Origin: Selaginella moellendorffii
Taxonomy: Eukaryota; Plantae; Lycopodiophyta
Assembly (NCBI RefSeq): GCF_000143415.4
Contig: NW_003314331.1
Location: 436,164 to 500,163 of the forward strand
Reading direction: 5' to 3'
Length of the DNA stretch: 64,000 nucleotides
In this document: one piece after another, positions 36,741 to 49,546 of the stretch
How the letters are laid out: every line of letters begins with the position of its first letter
How positions within the stretch are numbered: the stretch's first letter is position 1
The notes under the pieces: model-generated
What the model was told of the DNA's origin: nothing
The model's database searches: none
Seen by the model: only the letters and a program-made list of their open reading frames with translations
Made by a program: the position numbers and the translations under genes

Positions 36741-37373
36741 AGAGCATCAAGATGGGAGAAATTCTCCCCCTTCCCCCCCTCTCCTGGAAGAACACGAGAT
36801 ATCGATCGATCTACACTGACCTTTCTTGCATGCCGGGGAATGCAGGTGGAATTCCGCCGCGATCTAGCTCGATCCGGCCGCGCCGCGGCGTTCTTGAGCC
36901 CGCCGCTGCCCTGCCTTTCCGATCCGATCGAAATTTCGCTCGACTTATCCCTGGCGCGGCCAGATCTGGTCGAGAAAGCTATTTGCAAGCATGCATTGCC
37001 GAAATAGAGGCTCTGGGTTGGAGATCCAGCGCGCGCTCTCCCAATTCTCGGCGCCGCTACTCAAACCCTGGACGCTCCTCCTTGAACACCACAATACCAT
37101 AGCTCCTTTTTTGCCTTTCTCCCTCACACTAGACTAGAGCTGCCACGGGAGCGTGTTGTTTAACCCAGTAATGGCCATTACTCATTCCTTTCGGGCTGCA
37201 TTTTTGGCCATATGACCCATGCCACTTGGCCGCTAGAATTCTAGACGGACTACAATTTTCCACGTGTTCCAAAGTCTAGAAGTTCAACGGTCTTGTATCG
37301 CACCACGTTTTAGCTTTGCCAATAAAACATAAAGGAATATGCTTAGTAATCTAGGGTTTAAGCTAGGGTTCTA

Positions 37374-39792
37374 ATGGAGCGACTGTGCGTGGCAACGGGG
37401 CCTCTTCTATCCAGTGCGCGAGGCGCCAGATTTCTTCCCTCGAGGACGAGTAGAGGTGTGATTCCGGGTGTAGCGTGTAAATCTAGGCAGGCGAGGTGTC
37501 TCTCCGCCGCTCGCGATGAGCAGGGGCAAAATGCGGGGTCTTCTCAGCGGCAGAGCGCTGCGCTCGATCAATCAGATGAAGACGATGTGGATGCTGCGAC
37601 ACTGACTGAGGCCGATTTCGAGGATTTCACTATCGAGGACGAGGAGGAAGATGAAGAGGAGGAAGATTTCTTTGGAGGTATGCTTAATTCTTTAGATGCT
37701 ACGTACATTGCCTTGAATAGATTTTATCTAGAGAATAGAGGAGGAGTCTCGAGCTGACATCGATGTCACGCCCCAAGCACAAGGCAAAGGCAGGCGTAGG
37801 AGGCGGGACCGTGTCAAGGGACCTGAGGTAAGCTTCCATTGTCTCAAGGTGATGGCGTGATCATTATCATTTACTCTCCAGGTACCAAGTCATCTACTTC
37901 CGAAGGTAGCCATAGTTGGAAGGCCCAATGTTGGAAAGTCTGCTCTTTTCAACAGAATTGTTGGTGTAAGTTTTCGAAGTTTTCTTTCTTTCGATGAGTT
38001 CTAAAATCGTTTCTCTCTCTCTCTCTCCAGAGAAACATGGCTATTGTGCACGATGAGCCCGGCGTCACTAGAGACCGTTTATATGGCAGAGTTCGTGGCT
38101 CTGTCCAGGAGTTTATGCTGATAGACACTGGTGGTGTATTGACAATTCCAACGAGTGCAGAGAGCGGTTTAGCTGGTGGTTCTGTTGCCGCTGCTCAAGC
38201 GAAGAAGGATGCAGCAGCTGCTGGCCTTCCATCCATGATTGAGCAGCAGGCTGCATCAGCTGTCGAAGAAGCTTGCGCACTTGTGTTTGTGGTGGACGGC
38301 CAGGTAACCAAAATTCCTCGTTTACATTCAGCATACTCACTTTGTCCATTAGGCAGGCAGGACTTACGTCGGCTGATATCGAAATTGGAAACTGGCTCAG
38401 ACGCAAGTTCAAACACAAGAAGATCGCTCTCGCCGTGAATAAATGCGAATCTCCAAAGAAAGGACTCTTGCAGGCGGCAGAGTTTTGGTCTCTCGGGTAT
38501 GCATTGCCACGTAGTCAAATTTTGCTGCTACTAGTTTTTCTGTTTCAGGTTCACACCTGTTCCTGTGTCGGCTATTTCCGGTTCTGGTGTCCCGGATTTA
38601 CTCGAGGATGTGACTTCCGCAATCAAGGAGAAACAGGTATAGATGATCAGTACTGAAAGACAATAACTGTTTTTCTATTTACCAGGATGAGTTAGAAGCG
38701 AGCGAAGGCGACCGGCCTTTATCTGTGGCAATTATTGGGAGGCCAAATGTTGGCAAGAGCAGCATTTTGAATGCAATAGTCGGGAAGGAAAGAACGATAG
38801 TCAGTCCCGTGAGTGGAACCACTCGAGACGCAATCGATACAGAAGTAACTGGACCCGAGGGGAAGGTTTGCTCCTTGAGAAGCCACAACTTCACTAAAAG
38901 CTCTGTTGTTTGCAGGTCTTTAGACTGATAGACACGGCTGGAATCAGAAAGCGAGCAGCTATTGCCTCTGGCGGTAGCAAGACAGAATCTTTGTGCGTTC
39001 AGAGCGCCCTCAGAGCGATCCGACGTGCAGATGTTGTTGCTTTGGTCATTGAAGCGATGACTTGCGCAACAGAACAGGTACTTAACGCAAGCATGGACTT
39101 TTGAAAAGATTTTTTAGCATTGATTTCTACAGGACTATCGGCTCGGTGAGAGGATAGAAAAAGATGGGAAGGCCTGCATCATTGTCGTGAATAAGTGGGA
39201 TACCGTTCCGGATAAGAATGCGGAATCTACTTACTGGTACGATATGGATGTCCGTGAGAAACTCCGTGTGCTGAAGTGGGCACCGATTGTTTACACCTCA
39301 GCGACAAGCGGACAACGAGTCCAAAAGTACGTTCCATTATTTTATCATCTCGTGCATATCTTAATTCGATGCTTCGTAGGATCCTGGCGACAGCTTTGAG
39401 TGCTGGTCAGGAAAGGGAGCGCCGGATCAGCACAGCGATTCTTAATCAAGTTGTCCAGGACGCGATCAACATGAAGCAGCCACCTACAACTAGAGGTGGC
39501 AGGAAAGGTCGCCTATATTTTTGCACGCAGGTGCGTAAACTGCGCCTACAGAAAAGTCGAGTTTTGATGATTTGGCTCTGCTTTAATCTTCCAGGCAACC
39601 ACACGCCCCCCGACATTTGTCTTCTTTGTCAACGATGAGAAGCTTTTCCCGGATGACTACAAGAGGTACATGGAAAAGCAGCTGCGCCAGAATATCGGCT
39701 TCCCTGGCACGCCGATTCGCCTGTTCTGGCGGAGCAAAAGGCTTGCACGTCCGGGCTCCAAGCAAAGCACGCAGGAGCTCGCCAGCGTTTAA
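37374..39792 (+). CDS. der: EngA/Der double GTPase, probably plastid-targeted (multi-exon)
   Basis: Two GRPNVGKS P-loops, PGVTRD/GTTRD, DTGG/DTAG, NKCE/NKWD, C-terminal [19 protein letters not shown]; transit-peptide-like N-terminus. Confidence 0.95.
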
Positions 39793-40768
39793 GTCTACTC
39801 TCTCGAGGTGCGGCCAAATCTTTCCTTGCAATTCCATCTCATGCTTTACGTGTCGTGTGCTACAGGGGCTTGGAAAGTGTCAAGTCGCTAGCAGCCGCCA
39901 CCAAACGGCTGTAAGAGTGTGGACAAAGGCTCCACCAAAATGGACAAGGATGGGTTGCTGCGAGAGGGAGGAGCTACATATATTCTCTTCTAGGTTTTTC
40001 TAGCTACACCAACAACAGAGCAACCACCAAAGTGCACAGGGTATGATTTGAGGCATTAAATTTTCTTAAAGAACTTTGCGCTACTGCTTCCAGACATTCC
40101 AGGTTGATCGCTCTAAGATCTAAGATGGAAATCTATCCATGGATCGATCTAAGATAATCGCGCAAACAAAAAGAACAGGAAAGGCCTAGATTTTCTCATT
40201 GTGTATGGCAATGTTCTGTAAACACGTGTCATGCAAGCGTTTGCTCGTGGGCCACGTGGATGTTGGTTACGTCCGCAGAATTATCCGTTGGGTGGGCAGT
40301 TCCGGCCGCCGGCCGGTCGGGAACCGCCGGGTTCTACGAATATTCCGTTGCTGGCCAATATTTTGCCCTTTTCCCCATTTCCTCCAAAATAGGGGAGGAA
40401 TGGCGATTTCTTAGGGCTTGGCGAGCGCGGGATGTGAGGAGTGATCCGGGGAGGCGCTGGAGTGGACGCGTGAGAGGCGCTCCGCTGCGATCGTGATTCT
40501 GCTGGTATGGCAATGCGCGCGTGTGTCACTTTGTGTGAAATTTTTCTTCTTCTTCCTTTCTTTCTTCCTGGTTCTCGGCGGAGAGGTGGATCGATCAGGG
40601 ATTCATTCCCTGTTCCTCGTTTGCCCCCATTTCTCCGCTCCATTTTCATGCCTCTTTGTCAGAGTTGTGTCTGTTGAAGTTTGAATTCCAGCTGAAAATT
40701 CACTGTTAAGTTGTCTCACGCGGTTTTCTCTCGTCCTTTTTGCAGTGATTTGAGATCTTGTTCCGCCC

Positions 40769-43700
40769 ATGGCAGCTTCCATGACCACTGATACTGCGAA
40801 CTTAACGGGTACTATGATGGATATCTCCAGCCCCGCCATCGCGTTTGACATCGAGGTGGCGGAGTCTCTTCGGGCGACGTTTTCAGTGCCAAAACGAGTG
40901 AGGAGGAGGCTGGAGCAATCGCCAGAAGCTAAAAGCCTCGAGGATATTGAAGCCAAGCTCAAGGACGCTGACTTTAGAAGACAGGTCTGCTGGCCTTCTT
41001 TCTTCCTGACTTCTCGAAGTTTTTCTTACTCTCTTTCTTTTGCAGCAATTCCATGAGTGGCTTGCAAACAAGGCCAGGCCAAAGCGTAAATCCGACCAGA
41101 CAAGCTCTCCTCTGCCAAAGGAGCTTGCTGAGCGCCTCGAGGCCAGGCTTTGTGCAGCAGAGCAAAAGAGGTGTGTTTGCTTTTAACTTCTTTCTGTTGT
41201 GGACGACTTGGTGCTGAAGTTTGTCTTGTACGAATTTGTCTTGTCGTGTAGGCTGGAGCTTTTAGCTCAAGAGCAGACACGACTTGCAAAGCTTCATGAG
41301 CTGAGAATGGCTGCAAAGACTGAAGCTCAGCTCCGTGCAGAGAGGGAAAGGGAGGAACTGGGGACGAAAGTTGAGTCGCGTGTTCAGCAAGCGGAAACAA
41401 ACAGGATGGCGCTTGTGGAAGCTGAGAAGCAACGGCGAGCTGCAGCTAACGAACGTATTGCACAGTCAATCGTGCAGCGAACTACTCTCGAAGATCAAGA
41501 ACGCGAGAAAGCTGAAGCTCTTCGTGTTGCCATTTGCCAGAAAATTGCGGCTGCAGAAGAAAAGCGGGCCTGCTTATTGGAAGCAGAAAAGAATCGGGCA
41601 CAGGCGACTGTCACACAAGCCAGGAAAGTGGCAGAAGCGGTTTTACGGGAGAGGGAACTGGAGTTGATGAACAAGAAGGAGAAACTTGAAGCTCGCCTTC
41701 TCAGGGTAAAGTTGTCTATTACTTTTTTGTGGATTCTGATTCTTTCTCTCAGGCAAAGCGCCAGCGTGCAGAATATTTGCGACAAAAGGGAGGCTGTAGA
41801 GGAACGTGTCACAATCATGGGCACAAGATGCATAAGCATGGGGATCGGCTTTGTCGAAAGCTGACGAGGTATGTTGTCTCCTTGACTTGTTTATTAACTG
41901 CTCACGTTTTTCTAAATTATGGCGTAGGTGCTGGAGGCAATTTCGGGTGTCAATGAAAACAACTTATGCACTGGCCCAAGAGTTTGCCGAGTCCGGTATC
42001 AGCCAGCGTACTGTAACGTCTCTTCCGTTCGAACAGCTCGCCAGTCGGATAACTTCTCCTGCGGCATTGAGGAGTGTGAAAGCTCTTCTTGCCCGTATCG
42101 AAAGCCGGCTCATGCTCTCGGCTGCGACGGAATCGTCGGAGGTGGCAAAGATCGACGTGCTACTGAAGCGTCTCTCCCCGCCACAGCGTAAGACAGCCTC
42201 TTCCGGATCTTCGAGGATGAGCAAAAGAGGCGGCGCTCAAGCTCCTGCCAAAGCTCCTGCCAAAGCTCCTGCCAAGGCTCCTGCAAAAGCAAAGGACAGC
42301 TCGAAGCATGAGGACCATCACGACCTTGAGAGATATCCAGCGCGTGTTTTCCTTTGTGCCTACATGATCTCCGGGCATCCCGACGCAGTGTTCAGTGCAA
42401 GAGGGGACCGTGAAGCTGCACTGGCTGAGGCTGCTGCAAAGTTATTGCCAGAGTTTGAAGCATTGGTTTCAACTGTTATAGACGGCCCGACTCCTTCCTC
42501 CCCTCCGCCTTCTCCATGTCCGGAAAGCTACATCGATGGACAACACAAACCTTTCGCGGCTCAGCTGGCCTCCTTCGACACTGCATGGCACTCGTACCTC
42601 TGCCGGTTTGTTGCATGGAAGGTTAAAGACGCAGAGTTGCTCGAAGAGGACTTGATTCGAGTTGCTTGCCAGCTTGAAGTGTCTATGCTGCAAAAGTGCA
42701 AGATCGTACCTGGGAAGGATGCGTCGGAGCTGACACACGATACTCAAGCCATTCGCAAGCAGGTAATATTATAAAACTTGATAGTTTACTTGGGTATAAC
42801 CTGCTCGCTTCTCAGGTTCTTGAAGACCAAAGACTTTTGCGTGAAAGAATCGTCCATTTGACTGGTAACACCGGACTAGAGAAAATGGAGGAAGCGCTTT
42901 CAGCCGTCCGCTCCAAGTTTTTGGAAGCAAAAGAGAATGGTGTTCCATTACCGTCACCTTTTGCGTATTCGTCGCCAGAAGACCTGCGAACCGTCCCTGA
43001 GTCGCCGGAATCAGATGGACAGAAGGACGAGCGACCGAAATCGAAAGCTGCACGCGCCCTCTTCACTGCAGCTCCAACCAACACTCCAAACATGGAAGCA
43101 GTTCCAGAGGCTATGAACCTCGATCCTGCTGCTGATCTCCACAACTCCGGGATGACAAACGAGAGAATTGTAAACGAAATGATGCACGATGGCAACTGGA
43201 CGATCCCAGATCAGATGAACCCCTCTGGCAGTTTGTCGAAAATGGAGGTAAGTTTCTTGTTCTAAGCAGTAAACACATGGCTAATATATGCACATTTTCA
43301 CAGGCTCAAATTCGGACAACTATGGAAAGAGCCTTTTGGGATAGCATCGAAGCCAATCTCTTGAAGGATACACCCGATTATCGGCAGGTTGTGAGCCTTG
43401 TAGGGGAAATTCGGGATGACCTCGAAAACATAGTGCCTGAGGCATGGAAGCAAGGGATTCGCGAAAGCCTTGACCTGGAGCTTTTGTCACAGGTAAGCAA
43501 GTTTATTCTTTTCTTTCGAACTCTAGTAATGGTTACTTTCTGCCGCAGGTTCTAGAGTCGGGCATCAATGACTTCAGATATCTGAGAAATCTGCTTGACT
43601 ACACCCTTGATATAATTCTGAGACTGGGTGCTCCAGCTCGTGACATGGAATCCAAGACTGCACAGCAGGCGCTTATCGAGGATTTGTCAATGGCAACGAC

Positions 43701-44965
43701 TGATGCTGCAACGAAAGAATCCTTTGGGAAAGCTGTCGTGAAGGGAATGCGTTTTGTGTTCGAGCGCTTGCAGGTATGCATTCTCGTCGATATCGAAATC
43801 CCACAACTAAAATACTAAAATACTAAAATACTTTCATGGCAGGTTTTAAAGCAGGACATAAGCAACGTCAGGCTACAGTCCCTCGCGCAACTCATCAGTG
43901 GATCGACTGGACTTGACTATCTACGAAAGGCATTCGCCGATCGTTATGACTTAACCGCTTCAACAACAGACGAGCAGCTTTTTGAAAAGCTCTCCAAAAC
44001 CGTTCGGTGGATCCGCGCGACGCAGTCTTCGATGGAGGCCCACAAGAGCGAAGTTGACTCAGCATTAAACTCTTTCAAGTCGCTTTCAGCAAGCTTACCG
44101 CCAGCAAGCGCTCCGCCCGCGTTTCCAATGTGCACGGGTGGAAGAGTTGCTGTGACTGGAACGTCCAACTCTTCGAGGCAGAAAGCAGTTGCCTCAGGTA
44201 CGAAAGATTCTTTTGTTTTTCTGTCACATCTCATTGTTTTCTTTCGCACAGGTGCCGAGGAACCGAAACTGGGATGTGTAAGATGGGGAAGCAACGAGGC
44301 CATCGTTCGTCTCGGGCTCCTCTCCCTCGTCACAAGCTCCGAGGCTGCTACTGACAAGAATGTACCAGAAACACTCTTACTCAACATCAACAGGCTTCGA
44401 GACTGCCAGAATGACTTCCAGCGAGTGGTGGTGATGGCTACCGGGTGAGTGTGCTTTTCATTCTCGACTGCGGCTTTGCTAAAGCGAGCTTTGCAGGCTT
44501 CTACTTCTCCGGCAAGAGCTCATGACGAAAGTCCATGGGCCCGAGCTGGAGAGCATCCTCGCGGACGCGTGCAAAGAACTGGAGAGCCTCCTCAACGAGC
44601 CCATGGCGTCGGTGAGCCAGATTGGATCGTTCCTCGCCAGAGTTTGCGCCAAGCACTGCAGCGAGAGCTATCCGGACGTGGATGCGTGCGCGGCGTTCAT
44701 GGGCAGGGTGCTGGAGAGATCTCTCTCGGCTGGCGACGCCGTGTTTGAGCGAGTGGTGGCGACCATTCGATCGAGCTTGAGGGCGATGCTGGTGCTCGGG
44801 AGTGGCGGCGACGGCGCGGCGGTGGTGGAGTCGGGGCTCAAGAGGATCGGCGGCGGCGTGTTCCTGGAGGAGATCGCGGGCATTGCGCGGAAGATCGACA
44901 GGATCTCGAGTGTCACGGTCCAAGTTCACGGGAGCTGGTACGGACGGGTGGTAATGTTCAACTGA
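40769..44965 (+). CDS. T-complex protein 11 (TCP11) domain protein with coiled-coil N-terminus (multi-exon)
   Basis: [47 protein letters not shown]; (APAK)4 repeat at 42241-42288. Confidence 0.9.
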
Positions 44966-45345
44966 AAGAGACGATGCCGTACGGCGGGGTCTCCAAATGT
45001 ACAAACGAAAGATTTTAGGGTACTAAGCTTAAATATTTGAAAGAGCGCGGGCTTATAATTTAGGGCTTTTCTTATTGAGTTTAAAAATTTGCGGGAAAAG
45101 AAGGTTATTCTAGGTTTTTCTTTGAGCGCTTGCAAATGAATCGGTTCTCCTCTACAAAGAATGCGCGCTTACAAATCAAAGCGGGATGATCAAAACCAAA
45201 TCGCGTGCACACATGCTTGGAAATCGCCGCGCGCCGCTCCCTCCCAGGTGCTTATCCACAGGGTTATTACGAAGAAAAGGCTATCTTACAACTTCTTTCC
45301 CCCTTTTTTTTGTGTGTTTCTTCTCTGTGCGTGTTTGTGTGTGTT

Positions 45346-47507
45346 CTAATCGCTTCGTTTCCAGACTTTGAGGTGCAAGCCTCCCTTGGGTCTCGGCGTC
45401 GGCCAGTACTGGACGCCACAGTCGCCACCCACAATCTTCCAACTTCACAAAGATCACCAAGTAAGTTCTTTTGCTTTTTTTCTCTCGGAGTTGGTCTAAG
45501 CTATTTGCATACTTGTAGTTTGTGACGAGAAGATGGATGAATATCAAGGCCTCCAATTTCACGACTTCGCTTCCAGGACATAGCCGGATCCCGTTTCCAA
45601 AGGGCGTGTAAATCCCAGGCTTTGGAGGCGTCTACAGCACAACTTAGAAGGGTATTAGTACCGAAGGCTTCCATCTCAACTTACTTGGAACTTCTCTTCT
45701 TTTTTTTTTCTATACCAGGAATCTGGAGGGGTCGAACTTGTGGGGATCCTTGAAGTACGTGGGATTCAAATGGAAATGTCTGTAGTAGACTTGGACTTTC
45801 CATCCTTTTGGAAACAGGACACCTGCATAACAGAAGCTTGGTAAGTACTGTGATTAAATTTGCGAGAGGTTTAGTAGACCCGACCATCATGCTCGACGTC
45901 CTCGACTACTTCACGCGGCGAGAATGGTGCCACATTTGCCAGCCTCAGAGATTCTTGTACAACCTGTAAGTTTCATGCCAGGTTTGTTTTTTTCCTTCAC
46001 TGAAAAGCTGCTTACCCTTAACGAGACTGGCATGTTTTTTATCTCGCTCCATGTCAAGGGACTCTCTGGATGTTCTCTTGCGCTCCTTATTTGGTCCTGC
46101 TCGTCCTGGAACGCCAGCAAAAACGGGGTAAGTTTTTCTAAGCGAAACAGGCAAAACCAATTTCGTTCTTCTTACTCTGACTTGTTCGAGAATATCTGGG
46201 TGTTCCGTAAGGTACTTGACGATCCACACGAGGAACACGGCCGTGGTTTCGTGTCCAGCAAAGAGAAAAGTGATGAGGATATCCCTGATCTCGTCGTCCG
46301 TGAACTTGGTACCTTGATCATCCTTTGAAGCCAAAAGCGACCCCAAGATATCACTGTAAGTAGTTGCCGTGTCGCTTTTCCTTCTTTTCACGAGGCTCGT
46401 TAAATCTGTCAGAATCTCCTTGCTTTTCTGCAGTTTTAAAGAAGCTCTCAGGGAGAACGTAAACACTGCGAAAGTGAAAGCGTACCTTGATAGCAAGATG
46501 GAATCCAGTTCCTGGGAAATTAATTGGCATCGAGATCGCGCCGTTGGAGAGGATTCCGTAACTATCCAGCAACCGCATCGACTCCTCGCATGGGGCCATA
46601 CTACAAGTGATGCTGAGCGCAACGTGGAAGGCAAACTAAACAACATAAAAGATCATCAGAGGCTATCAACAAAGCTTTGCACGCATTCGAAAGCATCGAC
46701 CGGACAGTGAAAACGAAATTGGCCGTGACTCCACGACCTTTACGGGAGCACAGGGACAGTGACTAAAGTGTGAATTCACAAACAAAACAATTTCGACAGC
46801 GGAAAAAGGCGACACCAGGCATGAAAGCGCTGTTGCTGGCTGTTTACCTTTCGAGTCTCGTCGTGGGTGACAACAAACTCCCGCTCGTTCCAGTCTTCCA
46901 GACACCATCTGCAAAGACTCTCGAACTTCGGAATGCTGTCCCGAATCGTCTCGGAGAGCATGGAGGACTGGACAATTTTCCGAATTCGCTGGTGGAAGGC
47001 TCCCTCCCAGGACGGATGGTTGAGGACTCTGTCAATGGACGGGGGATATATCGCCTTGAAAGACTTATGCTTGGTCGCAAGGATAAACTTGGCATGCTCC
47101 GGGGTGGACGTAATTATGGTCGGACTTCCCAGGATATGCGTCCTGTAGATCTCTCCGAACCTGCAAGCGTGAAGAGAACAGCATTATTCTCGAGTCGACT
47201 CTGCACAGACGAAGAAGCAGAAGGAGAAGACTCGAAACAGAATTAATCTGGAGGAAATGGTGGAAGATCAAAGTGGAGGACAGAAAGAACTGTTTTTTCT
47301 TTACCGTGCGTAACGCTCGCGGAAGAACTGATCCGGACTCTTGTAGAAGAAGTGGAGACTCTCGCCGAGCCAGGGAATGAACCACCAGCGGCCTCTGGGA
47401 ATTTTACCACTGCCACTCTGGGCGATGTACAGGCTCCATTGCACCAGGAACACAGGAAACGTCAACAGCACTAAGGCACAAGCGATGAGGACTCCGATCA
47501 AAACCAT
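45346..47507 (-). CDS. Cytochrome P450, CYP85 clan (multi-exon)
   Basis: N-terminal TM, PWLGESL, I-helix [18 protein letters not shown], heme motif [11 protein letters not shown]; intron-rich structure typical of CYP85 clan. Confidence 0.92.
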
Positions 47508-48361
47508 GCTGCTGCTGCTGCCGCTCCTGCTCGAGAAAATTATGTGTGACTTTCACTGCCGCGCCTTTATCGCTTCGGTTAGCGCGGCGCGAGGTAAGAC
47601 ATAGCTGCTTTCTTTGCGACTAACACAAAGTTCGTGCGTGCAGCTCAGCTTCTCGGCTTGATAACAACGAGCAGCGTCGTCAACAGTTCATGCGCGTGTC
47701 ATCCAACAACACCTACTGCATACAGACGCAAGACAAAATTCCTATCTGCCTATCGCCAAGCCGAAAGCTGCCTGTTGCTGTTGGACGTTAGAGTTCGAGA
47801 AAGCAACTCGTCAAGTAGGAAAAAGCAGAGACCAGGGAATGAACGCAAATCCAAAGAAGGCGAGGCAGCGCTTGAATCAAAGCTGCAAGCTGATGAGCCG
47901 CTGCCGCTGCTGCTGCTGCTGCGACTGCATGGTCTGAAAGGGAGAAGTTATTTCAACTCCGCCCAGCTCCAGACATATACGCATCAACCTGATCCAAGTT
48001 GTGCGTGCCGTCAGCCGGATATTTATGAAGAGAGCTTCATCAATACCACGACTCCTTCAATGGGGGCTCTGGACTGAGCAAAAAGAACTCGAGCAGAGAC
48101 AAAGGCAAAGACGCGGCAGTGGTGAACAGGCCTAGCTCACATGGGCATTACCAGACGAGCAGCAGACACGTAAAAGAAAGAAAGCCGAGGGGGTGGACTC
48201 GTGAAGATGGGAAACAGTGCTAGCGAAGAACGCAACGGTGATAGTCGTCTTGTGCTGAAACAGAGCTCTGCGCGGCTGTGCTATACTGCCGGAGAGGTAA
48301 GTGTGTAAGTGTGAGAGATTGAGAGCTCTGCTAATGCCTCCTCTTATACTTTTCCAGGCTG

Positions 48362-48434
48362 GGCTTCTACGCGCTCGTCGATAGCAGCAGTGGCAACCAG
48401 TGGTTCGCTCGGCTTCTACGCGCTCGTCAATAGC
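48362..48434. repeat. Short direct repeat GGCTTCTACGCGCTCGTCRATAGC x2 upstream of the P450
   Basis: Copies start at 48362 and 48411. Confidence 0.8.
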
Positions 48435-49351
48435 TACGTACAAACAAGTCGCTGGTAGCCTTGCTAGCGTACAAACTTCGCAGGAATTACCAGGCACAAG
48501 AGCACAGTAGCCGCGCGCGCACGCACGCACTCCACAGTGTGAGTGCTTCGCAGGGTACGTTTAAAGCTGGTGATTTGCTCCTCATCTCGGCTTTAAGGCG
48601 GGATGAGCTCGAGTAAGCCAAGGTTGCTTAGGTGGCGACTCGTTGATTTTGGGCCGTGAGCTTGACAGGGAAGAACTTGTGCGACGTTTTGGAATCTTGA
48701 CTCCTCCTGGATTGGCGTCGAAAAGCTTTGGCGTCAAAAAATGGGAGCGGGATTGCGATCGTGAATTGATCGAGAAAAGAGGAACCGACAGTGGAATTCG
48801 CTGTCCCGTCTAGATCTCTATTCCCGGTAATTGGCGCGGTTTTGTTTTTAAATTCGAATGTTTGAAATTTAAATGCGATTTGGCGCGCCCGCTATCTCCA
48901 TCCCTGGCAGCGTGTGGTCCCCGGGCTTGTGGTCCGTGACCCGTGGCAGTGAGGCTCACGAGTCTGGTGTCCGGTCACAGCACACCCAATTTCTTTCCCC
49001 CGGCTCTGTCCTGGCCAAGGCAAATTCGCGGGCAAATTCGCGGGATTTCGATTTAATGTCGATTTCTTAGCTCGGGTTTGTCGATTTTGCTAATTCGATC
49101 CCTTCTCTCAAGTGGGCTGTCGATGGATTGAGCCCAGATCTCGGTTTGGGGGTCGGGTCCGATCAAAGCTTTTTCTTCGCGCTGTTGACACTAATGTGAA
49201 ATGTGGAGGCCAGGAAGAGAGAGAGAGAGAGCGAGGCAAAAACAAAAGAAAGAATAGAAAATCCTTTCTTTGCTCGCCTCCCTCCTTCTGGACCAATGTC
49301 CAAATACAATGTTCCAACGCCAAGTGGGGTTCTTTCTCCTGGAAGAGCAAT

Positions 49352-49404
49352 GATCTGGGCCGTCCGCTGATGATGAAGAGAGATAATCTGGGCCGTCCGC
49401 TGAT
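49352..49404 (+). promoter_or_regulatory. Duplicated ATCTGGGCCGTCCGCTGATG carrying site II (TGGGCC) motifs; telo-box-like TAGGGTTAGGG at ~49519
   Basis: Direct repeat just upstream of the INO80B-like gene; site II plus telo-box is a known plant housekeeping promoter combination. Confidence 0.45.
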
Positions 49405-49546
49405 GGCCCATCGCAGCCGTTGGTTTAAGCCTGGCACCTTTGTTAGTGGCGCATTGGCGAGGGAGCGCTATGGCCGCTACTAACGAAGCCTACTACGTCT
49501 CCAACCCTAGTTCCTGGGCTAGGGTTAGGGCTTACAGGAGGGAGCG

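Noticed and set aside
48028-48085. Faint miR319-like words (GAGCTTC...TGGACTGA)
   Set aside because: No match to the mature miRNA and no long stem.
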